A program made the translations under genes and the position numbers. This document shows, one piece after another, positions 1-8,008 of a stretch of DNA of 64,000 nt (position 1 is the first letter of the stretch; every line of letters begins with the position of its first letter). The notes below the pieces were generated by a model that had not been told where the DNA came from, did not search any database, and worked only from the letters and a program-made list of their open reading frames with translations. The stretch comes from Gammaproteobacteria bacterium. Lineage in GTDB: Bacteria; Pseudomonadota; Gammaproteobacteria; Pseudomonadales; JAUIET01. The DNA lies in assembly GCA_030431775.1 (NCBI GenBank), contig JAUIHW010000003.1:109190-173189 (forward strand), in the 5' to 3' direction.

Positions 1-1859
1 GCATCAAATGCGGCCATACCACTGGCGGTTACCGAGGCCGACCTCGTTGCCTGTTGGCTCATGCCACTGAAATCGGTTTGCTGAGTCGCAAACATAACTT
101 TGCAGGTTTCCAGCCCCAGTTGACCAAGGTATTGATCACTGAGACCTGGTCTCAACTTTCGCCTGCCATGACCAAGACGGATAGTTTTACCCGCCTGTAA
201 TTCCTCGCTGGCTTTTCGCGGTGGGTAGAACTGCTGCACTGAGTGCATGGAATCGAGCCAAAGAATACTGAAGAAAACCGGCTGATCTACGCTGTTATTT
301 TTGATTTCCACCACCAGGCTGTCTTTAGGGCCAAACACAGTAGTTCCCCCGTTAGCAAGGGTAAGCTTGTCCGCCGCAGATCGCTTGTAAATATTGACGC
401 TGACATCCAGCAAAGACAAGGGATTGTCCAGGGCCAGTGTACGCCGGTAACGGGCCAATGTTTCCAGATTGCTCAGTGTTGCGTCCACTGCGTTTCGTTC
501 ACTTTGCGCATGCACTGGGCTTGCCAGCTTTCCGTCAGTATCCAGCACAACCCAGCTGGCGTTCGTAATGCCCTGGTAACGCGGTGGATTTTCTTCTATC
601 AGAACCTGCTCACTCGCCTGTAGCACCCTGACCTGACAATCGGCGAGGCTGGCGTTGCTGGCAACGGTCAATAAACGTGAACGCTCAATGCTGCTTTCTA
701 GCTGGGCACGGTCACTTGCGCTCAACTTTTCCAGATCGATGCTCAGCGGGTCAGGAACCACAGCGTCGGCCTGCAAAGAGGCCCGGCAACCGGCGGCTAT
801 TCCTTTGCGGTTCTTGGGTAACAGTGCTTCTGCCCGTAACCCACCGACCTTGGCAATAGTGACGTTCGCGATCGGCTTGCTTGCTTCTGTAGACTTGGTG
901 CCTGGGGGATACAAAGCCCAACGCGAACCAACCCGGACGCCATGCGCTGCACCGCCACCGAGCACCAATGTGTTCTTGACGATTTTCTCAACAGGTAAGC
1001 CATTCAGCGGCTCAATATCACGAGTGCCGAACAGCTCGCGGTCGAGGCGACCTTCTATCTGCGGATTCTGGCCATTCACCAGGCTTGGCACTTTGCTGCT
1101 AACCTGCTCAAACACGTCCCGATAGGTGCTGCCTGGTTGTGCTCGCATCAACGCCTCATTCAGGCAATAGGTCAGCACCCCGTGCTTATACTTCATACTG
1201 CCTTCGCTGAAGTATCGCTCTTTGGAAGTTTGCATATCACGGCAACCGGAGATAACGACGTATTTATTGCTCAACTGCAACCAGCCCCCGGGGCCTTTTC
1301 GGGTCGCTGTTTTTCCAATTTTTTTGGCCGGCCGCGGGCGAAGCTGATCAGGGACTCCACGAACCTTCACGGCCGGGTTTATGCTGCGAGTCATGGTGCC
1401 TGAGTGGCAAGCGTCGAAAATCAGCGTAATATTGGCCGTTTTCTTGGCCAGCTTTTCTAGCCAGGCATTGAACTGGTTGTCACGTATCTCGCGGTAATCG
1501 GCCGTACCATCCGCTTTGGGCTTGGAATCATCCGACGGCAGAATGCAATTATCCTTCCCACTGCCTTCATCGGTGTATTTGGTTTTTGTCGAGCAGCGGT
1601 GACCATGCCCGGAGTAGTGGAACAATACAACATCATTTTTCTGCACGGCACGCAGTAGTTGCTCCATCGCATCCAGAATACCGTCGCGAGACGCTTTTTC
1701 ATTGAACAGTTCAACAATCTCGCCGCTGGTAAAGCCAAACTTGTTGCACAAGGTAGTCTTCAGCAACTTGGCATCATTAACGCAACCACCAAGCTGGTAT
1801 TTGGCGCCGAGATAAGGGTATTTGTTAATCCCGATGATCAGCGCGTGTTTTGCGGGCAT
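1..1859 (-). CDS. Caspase-fold cysteine protease (peptidase C14, metacaspase/orthocaspase-like) with a long C-terminal extension; the 3' end lies beyond the window
   Basis: This ORF is absent from the ORF track because no stop codon is reached. My reverse-strand translation from ATG 1859..1857 stays open to position 3 (619 codons): MPAKHALIIGINKYPYLGAKYQLGGCVNDAKLL..VVLFHYSGHGHR..ITLIFDACHSGTMTRS..HGVLTYCLNEAL. HYSGHG and DACHSG are the His and Cys dyad contexts of C14 peptidases. The C-terminal part (..DQPVFFSILWLDSMHSVQQFYPP..) resembles the DUF4384 module often fused to bacterial caspases; this comparison is from memory and was not searched. Confidence 0.85.
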   Translation of the reverse strand, partial: MPAKHALIIGINKYPYLGAKYQLGGCVNDAKLLKTTLCNKFGFTSGEIVELFNEKASRDGILDAMEQLLRAVQKNDVVLFHYSGHGHRCSTKTKYTDEGSGKDNCILPSDDSKPKADGTADYREIRDNQFNAWLEKLAKKTANITLIFDACHSGTMTRSINPAVKVRGVPDQLRPRPAKKIGKTATRKGPGGWLQLSNKYVVISGCRDMQTSKERYFSEGSMKYKHGVLTYCLNEALMRAQPGSTYRDVFEQVSSKVPSLVNGQNPQIEGRLDRELFGTRDIEPLNGLPVEKIVKNTLVLGGGAAHGVRVGSRWALYPPGTKSTEASKPIANVTIAKVGGLRAEALLPKNRKGIAAGCRASLQADAVVPDPLSIDLEKLSASDRAQLESSIERSRLLTVASNASLADCQVRVLQASEQVLIEENPPRYQGITNASWVVLDTDGKLASPVHAQSERNAVDATLSNLETLARYRRTLALDNPLSLLDVSVNIYKRSAADKLTLANGGTTVFGPKDSLVVEIKNNSVDQPVFFSILWLDSMHSVQQFYPPRKASEELQAGKTIRLGHGRRKLRPGLSDQYLGQLGLETCKVMFATQQTDFSGMSQQATRSASVTASGMAAFD

Positions 1860-1964
1860 AGTTTATACGCTCGACGACTAATCAATTAAAGTAAGACGTA
1901 GGTTGAACACAGTCGTCGCCGTGCGGGACTGGGCAAAACAGGCCAGCAATCGGTTTCCAGTGCT

Positions 1965-2186
1965 TTAACGATTATCTGGTGTGCCCGAGCGGTTGTCCGG
2001 TGTGCCCGAGCGGTTATCCGGGGTACCCGAACGGTTATCCGGCGTGCCCGAGCGATTATCTGGCGTGCCCGAGCGATTATCCGGAGTACCAGAACGGTTA
2101 TCCGGCGTGCCCGAGCGATTATCCGGAGTACCAGAACGCTCATCTTCAACACTGTTGTTGCTGCTCTCTTCAACCATATCAGACAT
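1965..2186 (-). CDS. 73-aa acidic micro-protein: a 16-aa N-terminus followed by eight perfect RSGTPDN heptads
   Basis: ATG 2186 is preceded by a GAGGTGG Shine-Dalgarno-like box (reverse strand ..aaaaGAGGTGGtggcgATG). The translation is MSDMVEESSNNSVEDE+(RSGTPDN)x8+R, with stop TAA at 1967..1965. Track ORF 1965..2327 is the same frame with a longer N-terminus that lacks an SD. A + strand frame (VPERLSG)x8 is equally open, so the coding strand is favoured but not proven. Confidence 0.5.
   Translation of the reverse strand: MSDMVEESSNNSVEDERSGTPDNRSGTPDNRSGTPDNRSGTPDNRSGTPDNRSGTPDNRSGTPDNRSGTPDNR
1968..2138. repeat. Tandem 21-bp repeat, 8 copies (+ strand unit approx GTGCCCGAGCGGTTATCCGGC)
   Basis: Direct reading shows the copies are head-to-tail and differ only at every third nucleotide (G/A, C/A, G/A, G/A, G/A, C/T, N). 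Confidence 0.95.
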
Positions 2187-2306
2187 CGCCACCACCTCTT
2201 TTCGTTTTACTCGCGGGGTGATCAAGCTTAAACTGGCGTCCAGGTAATTACCAGCAATATCGCCTAAACAGGCTGCGTACTCAAGCCGCTCGCTTGTGGC
2301 AGTCGC

Positions 2307-4325
2307 TTGATCTCCGGTGCGATTCATTTGTTTCAGCGTCTGGTTAGTGAAATTCGAAGAAGAAAGGTGTTCCGTGTGGTAACGGCCTATGCGGTGGTTG
2401 CCTGGTTGATTTTACAAGTGGGTGTCATTGTTGCCGAGCCACTGGCCCTACCCGACTGGACGGTACGTGCCTTGATCATCGCCGCGATTGTCGGCTTCCC
2501 TGTCTCATTCGTTCTGGCCTGGGTAATTGATATTCGCCCGGAAGGCCTGATCTTTGACCTGCCATTGCTGGCGGGCACTGGGAACGAGCGAAAATCAAAA
2601 AAAACTGATTGGATCTTTGCGAGCATGCTGGTCGTTGTGCTGATCGGTGGCGCTTACTACCTGATCACGATGTTACTGAATGAGCTGAGCACCCCAGACT
2701 CTACACACCTGGAATCAGCGAACCACGGCTCAGCATCCCCTAATTCTATTGCGGTGTTGGCATTCGAAAATTTTGGAGGCGATGAAGGCACCGGCTATTT
2801 TGCGGCTGGATTAGCCGAAGAAATCCTGTTGCTTCTGTCCAGGCTGGAAGAGCTGAAGGTTGCGTCGCGCACTTCATCTTTTCAGTTTCGTGACCACCAG
2901 ATTGATATCCGGGAAGTCGCGAGCCGTCTGGGAGTAGCCTTGATTCTGGAGGGCAGTGCGCGGGAATACAATCAGCGCGTGCGAGTCGCAGCGCAACTGG
3001 TAGATGGTAGTAACGGTTTCAATCGCTGGGGGGCAACATTTGAACGTTCTGTTGACGATATTTTCGCTATTCAGCAGGAAATCGCCAGCAACATCGTGCA
3101 GCAGCTGGAACTGGTCATTTCCCGGGGGTCACAGCAGCAGTTGCAGTCCCGGGCGACGGAGTCTAATGAAGCCTACCTGCTCTATTTGCAGGGTGTAGGT
3201 CGTTTGCGAAGCTCTAACGATGCCGATGTGATGCAAGCCGCCGCCCGATTTTTTGATCAGGCAATCAGTCTGGATAATGAGTTTGCCAAAGCCTACGCTG
3301 GCAAATGCGAAGCACTCCTTCGCCTTTATCAAATCGGTAACAGGGTAGGCGACTTTGACACAGCCGAGCAGGCCTGCAACCAGGCCAACGAACTGGCGAA
3401 TGGGTCAAGCAGCGAAGTCAGCCTCGCGCTGGGCAAGCTGTATATGCAACGCGGCTGGGTCGAACGTGCCGAGCAACACCTGAAAACCGCGATGGGCGTT
3501 GCCTCTGACCCCACGGACAGCTACATACAACTGGGAGAGCTGATGGCCGCCCAGGGGCGGCATGGGGAAGCAGAGCAATTCTTAAAAACCGCGCTTGCCA
3601 GCAACCAACATTACTGGGCGGCTCAGGAAGCCCTTGCCAGTTACTACTACCGGAGCAAGCGCTATCGGGAAGCCATAGACGCTTATGAAAAAGCAACATT
3701 GCTCGCACCCAATGTTGCTACCGTATTTGGGGGAAAGGGAGCAAACTACTGGATGCTTGGCGAGTTTGACCAAGCGATTGCGGCTTACGAAGAGTCGCTT
3801 CGGATAAAACCATCCAGACTTACCTACACGAATATCGGGTCTTTGCATTATTACGCCGGTCGTTTTGAGCAGGCTGTGGAGAATCAGAAAAAAGCGCTGG
3901 TGTTTGCACCAGACGACCACCGCATTTGGGGTCGCCTGGCAGAGGCTCTACTGTTTGCCGGGCAGCAGGACGAAGCGACTGCCGCCTACCAAAAAGCCGC
4001 TGAGCTTGCCGAACAGAACCTCACAGTCAACGAACGGGACTGGAAAACAGCGAGCCTGCTCGGTATTTACTATGCGCACCTGCTTCGCAACGATGAAGCC
4101 AGAGAGCTGTCGGCCCTGGGTGTGGAACTGTCGGGCGGCGACCCGGAATCGCTGTACCTGCAGGCCCTGGTCTACGTGCAATTGGGCAATTCTGAATTGG
4201 CGTTGGAGTTTCTTGAATCGGCGGTATCGCAAAATGAGCAGTTCAGCCTGTTTATTAAAGCCGACCCCTTTCTGCAGACACTACAGGAGCGCCCACGCTT
4301 CAAGGCATTGCTGCAAACTGACTGA
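2307..4325 (+). CDS. Membrane-anchored tetratricopeptide-repeat (TPR) protein
   Basis: The N-terminus RRRKVFRVVTAYAVVAWLILQVGVIV.. plus a second hydrophobic helix is followed by many TPR-like units (AYLLYLQGVGRL, AKAYAGKCEALLRLY, YWAAQEALASYYYRSKRYREAIDAYEKA, ...). The start codon is uncertain; the track uses TTG at 2307. Confidence 0.75.
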   Translation: MISGAIHLFQRLVSEIRRRKVFRVVTAYAVVAWLILQVGVIVAEPLALPDWTVRALIIAAIVGFPVSFVLAWVIDIRPEGLIFDLPLLAGTGNERKSKKTDWIFASMLVVVLIGGAYYLITMLLNELSTPDSTHLESANHGSASPNSIAVLAFENFGGDEGTGYFAAGLAEEILLLLSRLEELKVASRTSSFQFRDHQIDIREVASRLGVALILEGSAREYNQRVRVAAQLVDGSNGFNRWGATFERSVDDIFAIQQEIASNIVQQLELVISRGSQQQLQSRATESNEAYLLYLQGVGRLRSSNDADVMQAAARFFDQAISLDNEFAKAYAGKCEALLRLYQIGNRVGDFDTAEQACNQANELANGSSSEVSLALGKLYMQRGWVERAEQHLKTAMGVASDPTDSYIQLGELMAAQGRHGEAEQFLKTALASNQHYWAAQEALASYYYRSKRYREAIDAYEKATLLAPNVATVFGGKGANYWMLGEFDQAIAAYEESLRIKPSRLTYTNIGSLHYYAGRFEQAVENQKKALVFAPDDHRIWGRLAEALLFAGQQDEATAAYQKAAELAEQNLTVNERDWKTASLLGIYYAHLLRNDEARELSALGVELSGGDPESLYLQALVYVQLGNSELALEFLESAVSQNEQFSLFIKADPFLQTLQERPRFKALLQTD

Positions 4326-4327
4326 AC

Positions 4328-5479
4328 TTAGCTGCGCACTGTCGCAAAGCAGGTGCGCAGTTCATTCACAAACAGGTCCGGTTGTTCAAAGGCGGCGAAA
4401 TGCCCTCCCTCATCCAGCTCGTTCCAGTGGATCAGCTTGGTGAAGCGTTTCTCAGCCCAGCGTCGCGAGCAGAGAAATACTTCCTTGGGAAACACACTGC
4501 ACCCCGTTGGCATGCTGACTTCTTCCAGCGACTGATCGTTGAAGCTCTCCCAGTACAAGCGGCCCGATGAGGCGCCGGCATTGTTCAGCCAGTAAAACAT
4601 GACGTTGTCGATCATCTCGTCTCTGCCGAGTGCATTTTCCGGGTGTTTCGCTCCGTCACGCTCGCAGTCCGTCCAGGCCCAGAACTTTTCTACAATCCAG
4701 GCCAGCTGCCCGCTGGGAGAATCCGCCAAACCGTAGCCCAGGGTTTGCGGCCTGGTGCTTTGCTGCTTCGAGTAGCCAGAATCCTGTTTGTCGTAATAAT
4801 CAATAGCCGCGAGCGCCTTCTGTTCAAGCTCAGTCATACTGTCCATCGTGTCCGGGTCCGGCGCGGCGATTACCAGATTGACATGGATGGCGGCGCAGTG
4901 TTCGGTTTCACTAATTCCCATACAGGTGGTCACCATCGCGCCCCAATCCCCACCCTGGGCTACGTATCGATCATAGCCAAGGCGCGCCATCAGCTCCCCC
5001 CAGGCGCGACCGATGCGCGCTGCATCCCAGCCTTCCTGCTGTGGTTTGCCTGAGAACCCATAGCCCGGCAGATTGGGTAGCACCAGGTGGAAGGCGTCCT
5101 CTGCTTTACCACCATGAGCTGTGGGGTTTACCAAGGGGTCAATGACTTTCAGAAATTCCACCGGGGAACCCGGCCAGCCGTGAGTCATAATCAGCGGCAG
5201 CGCATTGTCATGTGTACTGCGGATATGAAAGAAATGGATGTCCACGCCATCAATAGTGGTCACACTGGGATTCAGCTCGTTAAGGCGGGCTTCTGTGCGG
5301 TGCCAGTCGTAGTCGTTCTGCCAGTAGTTACAGAGTTCCTGCACATAGGCCAGTGGAATTCCCTGTCGCCAGTCCCCGGTTGTCTCGGCGTTTGGCCAGC
5401 GCGTGGCCGCCAGCCGGCGCTGCAAATCTTCAAGTTCATTGTCAGTAATGGCAATCGGTGCCGGCTTGATCGCGGTCAT
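4328..5479 (-). CDS. Epoxide hydrolase (microsomal-EH-like alpha/beta hydrolase with EH N-terminal domain)
   Basis: Motifs seen: ..ITDNELEDLQRRLAATRWPN.., HGWPGSPVEF, PGYGFSGKP. The likely start is MTAIKPAP at 5479, which overlaps the upstream SDR stop by 1 nt (TGATG). Confidence 0.85.
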   Translation of the reverse strand: MTAIKPAPIAITDNELEDLQRRLAATRWPNAETTGDWRQGIPLAYVQELCNYWQNDYDWHRTEARLNELNPSVTTIDGVDIHFFHIRSTHDNALPLIMTHGWPGSPVEFLKVIDPLVNPTAHGGKAEDAFHLVLPNLPGYGFSGKPQQEGWDAARIGRAWGELMARLGYDRYVAQGGDWGAMVTTCMGISETEHCAAIHVNLVIAAPDPDTMDSMTELEQKALAAIDYYDKQDSGYSKQQSTRPQTLGYGLADSPSGQLAWIVEKFWAWTDCERDGAKHPENALGRDEMIDNVMFYWLNNAGASSGRLYWESFNDQSLEEVSMPTGCSVFPKEVFLCSRRWAEKRFTKLIHWNELDEGGHFAAFEQPDLFVNELRTCFATVRS

Positions 5480-6243
5480 CAGGCTAACATCCCCCCATCC
5501 ACGGTGATGCACTCACCGGTTAAATAACTGGCCGCATCGCTGACCATGTACAACACGGTGCCGGCCATTTCATCGGGCTCCGCGTAGCGGGCCATTGGTA
5601 TCTGCTTAAAGGCCTCATTTACCAGCTCGTCGTTGTCAATAAGTGCGCCAGCGAACTTGGTGTTGGTCAGCCCGGGTAGCAGCGCATTCACCCGTATATT
5701 GAACTCAGCGCATTCTTTCGCAAAGGCCTGGGTCATGTTGATGACTGCCGCCTTGGTAATGGAGTAAATACCCTGATACAAGGCCGGTATGCGGCCATTG
5801 ACGGAAGCGGTGTTCACAATGCAGCCACCGCCATTTTCCCGCATGAGCTTTCCGCCCTCGACCGACATAAAGAAATAGCCGCGCATATTGACGTCGACGG
5901 TTTTTTCAAAGGCCGCCAGATCTGTATCCAGGATGTGTCCGAAATATGGATTGGTGGCTGCGTTATTAACCAGAATATCCAGCCGACCGTATTGCTGGCG
6001 AATATGCTTGAATACAGCGCTAATCTGCTCCACATCACCAACGTGACAGGCAAAAGCTGCGGCATTACCACCACTCTCGCGGATGCTGGCCGCTACCGCT
6101 TCACAACCCGCAATTTTGCGACTGGACACTATGACTGTGGCGCCCTGTTCAGCAAGCAATCGGGCGATGGATTCACCTATGCCTCGACTGGCACCAGTCA
6201 CCAACGCAATCTTGCCACTCAGATCAAAAAGTTTGGTACTCAC
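5479..6243 (-). CDS. Short-chain dehydrogenase/reductase (SDR)
   Basis: KIALVTGASRGIGESIA (TGxxxGxG) and YSITKAAV (YxxxK) are present. Confidence 0.9.
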   Translation of the reverse strand: MSTKLFDLSGKIALVTGASRGIGESIARLLAEQGATVIVSSRKIAGCEAVAASIRESGGNAAAFACHVGDVEQISAVFKHIRQQYGRLDILVNNAATNPYFGHILDTDLAAFEKTVDVNMRGYFFMSVEGGKLMRENGGGCIVNTASVNGRIPALYQGIYSITKAAVINMTQAFAKECAEFNIRVNALLPGLTNTKFAGALIDNDELVNEAFKQIPMARYAEPDEMAGTVLYMVSDAASYLTGECITVDGGMLA

Positions 6244-6275
6244 TATCTACTAACTCGTCGGTTATTGATGAAGAA

Positions 6276-7316
6276 TTACAGTGCCTGCACGCGCTGCCAG
6301 CCAATCTCGGAAATCATTCGGGCGGCGTCCTTGAAAAGCAGAGCACGGTCCGAGCTGGCATTACCATCAATACCGCGCTTGTACACCCCCTGGATAATAC
6401 TGGCACTGCGAAACATGTTGAATATAAGGTAGAAGTCCCAGTTTTCGATAGTGCTGCGCCCAGCCGCTTCACAATAGGTATCCAGCATTTCCTGTTCGCC
6501 AGGGATGCCCAGCTCGGCTGCATTTTCCGGAATACCACGGCCACCGGATGTACTGACCCCGTGATAGTCCTGACAAAGATAGGCCAGATCAGCCATGGGA
6601 TGGCCCAGAGTACTTAACTCCCAATCCAGCACAGCAACGATGGACGGCTGCTGCGGATGAACCAGCACATTGCCAAGCCGATAGTCACCGTGAACGATCC
6701 CTGTAGCATCATCGTCAGGAATATTGTCAGGCAGCCACTCCATCAAGCGGTTCATATTGTCCAGTTCCTCGGTTTGCGAGGCCTGATACTGCTTACTCCA
6801 GCGGTTGATTTGGCGCGCGTAGTAGTTGCCTGGCCGGCCAAACTCAGCCAGACCAACTTCTTGCGGAGTAACTGAATGCAGCGCACCCAGTGTTCTGGCC
6901 AGGTTCAGATAAACCTCGCGACGTTCACCCGGCGAACTGTCCGGCATGGCACAATCAATGAATACTCGACCCTCCACATAGCCCATCACGTAAAAGCTGG
7001 TGCCGATTATTGATTTATCCTCGCACAGGCAGTACATGGTTGGCACCGGCACGGCGCTGTCAGCAAGTGCTTTCATCACCCGGTATTCGCGGTCTACTTG
7101 ATGGGCCGAAGGCAACAACTCCCCCGGGGGTTGCTTGCGCAGCACGTAATTCTGGGCTGGTGTCTGCAGCTTAAACGTCGGATTACTTTGCCCACCCTCA
7201 AACTGTTTTACAGTCAGAGGACCTTTAAACTCCGCCACCTCGGCAGCGAGGTATTCCTCGAGCCGCGCGAGATCGAGCTCATGCCCCTGGCGAATATCGG
7301 TTAACTCAACGCTCAT
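6276..7316 (-). CDS. Phosphotransferase family protein (APH / ACAD10-11 / LvaA-like kinase fold)
   Basis: IVHGDYRLGNVLVHP..VLDWELSTLGHPMADLAY is the Brenner/APH catalytic loop plus the DxE metal site. Confidence 0.8.
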   Translation of the reverse strand: MSVELTDIRQGHELDLARLEEYLAAEVAEFKGPLTVKQFEGGQSNPTFKLQTPAQNYVLRKQPPGELLPSAHQVDREYRVMKALADSAVPVPTMYCLCEDKSIIGTSFYVMGYVEGRVFIDCAMPDSSPGERREVYLNLARTLGALHSVTPQEVGLAEFGRPGNYYARQINRWSKQYQASQTEELDNMNRLMEWLPDNIPDDDATGIVHGDYRLGNVLVHPQQPSIVAVLDWELSTLGHPMADLAYLCQDYHGVSTSGGRGIPENAAELGIPGEQEMLDTYCEAAGRSTIENWDFYLIFNMFRSASIIQGVYKRGIDGNASSDRALLFKDAARMISEIGWQRVQAL

Positions 7317-7535
7317 TACACTCTTCAGTCCCGAAAACGTTGCCGCATTATTTCAAGTAAGCACTCCCTATACAAGCGCAAGCTGCCCAGTTTGAATTTG
7401 GCTGGGGCTTTCTGTATCGTGAGCGTGTGACGAGCAGCCACGCCAATTGCTGCAGCAGGTTTCTTGCATTCCTTCCTCACTTTTAGCCCCGCGCTCAGCG
7501 CGGACCTAACTCTTCCAAGCATACAATGAGGCCTT

Positions 7536-8000
7536 ATGAAAATTGCCAGCAATTGCGTGGTATCCATTCACTACACCCTAACCAATGATGCCGGTGAAAC
7601 CCTGGATTCATCCGCAGGCGGTGACCCACTGAGCTACCTGCACGGAAATAATGGCCTAATTCCCGGCCTGGAACGGGAGCTGGAGGGCCGCGAGCCCGGT
7701 GATTCGTTTAAAGCCTCCATCCAGCCCGCCGATGCCTACGGCGAGCACAACCCACAGCTGGTACAGGAAGTACCACTGGAAGCCCTCGCGCAAATTGAAG
7801 AATTGCAGGTGGGCATGCAGCTGCAATCGCAGTCGCCGGATGGCCAGGTTCAGGTGTTGCAGGTTGATGCCATCGGCGACAGCACCGCCACATTGAATGC
7901 CAACCATGCTCTGGCCGGGCAGACCTTGCATTTTGATGTTTCTGTGGAAAATGTTCGTGAAGCGAACGATGAGGAAATCGCCCACGGGCATGCACACTAG
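7536..8000 (+). CDS. slyD: FKBP-type peptidyl-prolyl cis-trans isomerase SlyD
   Basis: MKIASNCVVSIHYTLTNDAGETLDSS..LSYLHGNNGLIPGLERELEG.., an insert-in-flap region, and a short His-containing tail (AHGHAH). Confidence 0.9.
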   Translation: MKIASNCVVSIHYTLTNDAGETLDSSAGGDPLSYLHGNNGLIPGLERELEGREPGDSFKASIQPADAYGEHNPQLVQEVPLEALAQIEELQVGMQLQSQSPDGQVQVLQVDAIGDSTATLNANHALAGQTLHFDVSVENVREANDEEIAHGHAH

Positions 8001-8008
8001 GCTGCTTA

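Noticed and set aside
243-1738. Several 60-156 aa track ORFs on both strands inside the first 1.8 kb
   Set aside because: All of them lie within or antisense to the continuous 619-codon caspase reading frame, whose motifs are unambiguous. They are shadow ORFs.
1981-2247. + strand ORF MPERLSGV(PERLSGV)n..STLLLLLSSTISDIATTSFRFTRGVIKLKLASR across the 21-bp array
   Set aside because: The frame is open and its repeats are equally invariant. However, it starts at a GTG with no SD, and it reads out of the repeat into a low-complexity tail that is the antisense of the SD/N-terminus of the - strand ORF. I keep it only as the alternative strand hypothesis and do not list it as a feature.
7325-7567. 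An 80-aa ORF filling the APH/slyD intergenic region and ending 8 nt before the APH start
   Set aside because: My codon reading shows many codons that look rare for this genome (AGG x4, AGA, ATA x2, CTA, TTA). The ORF overlaps the slyD start, has no SD, and its basic low-complexity product has no motif. It is probably non-coding promoter DNA.
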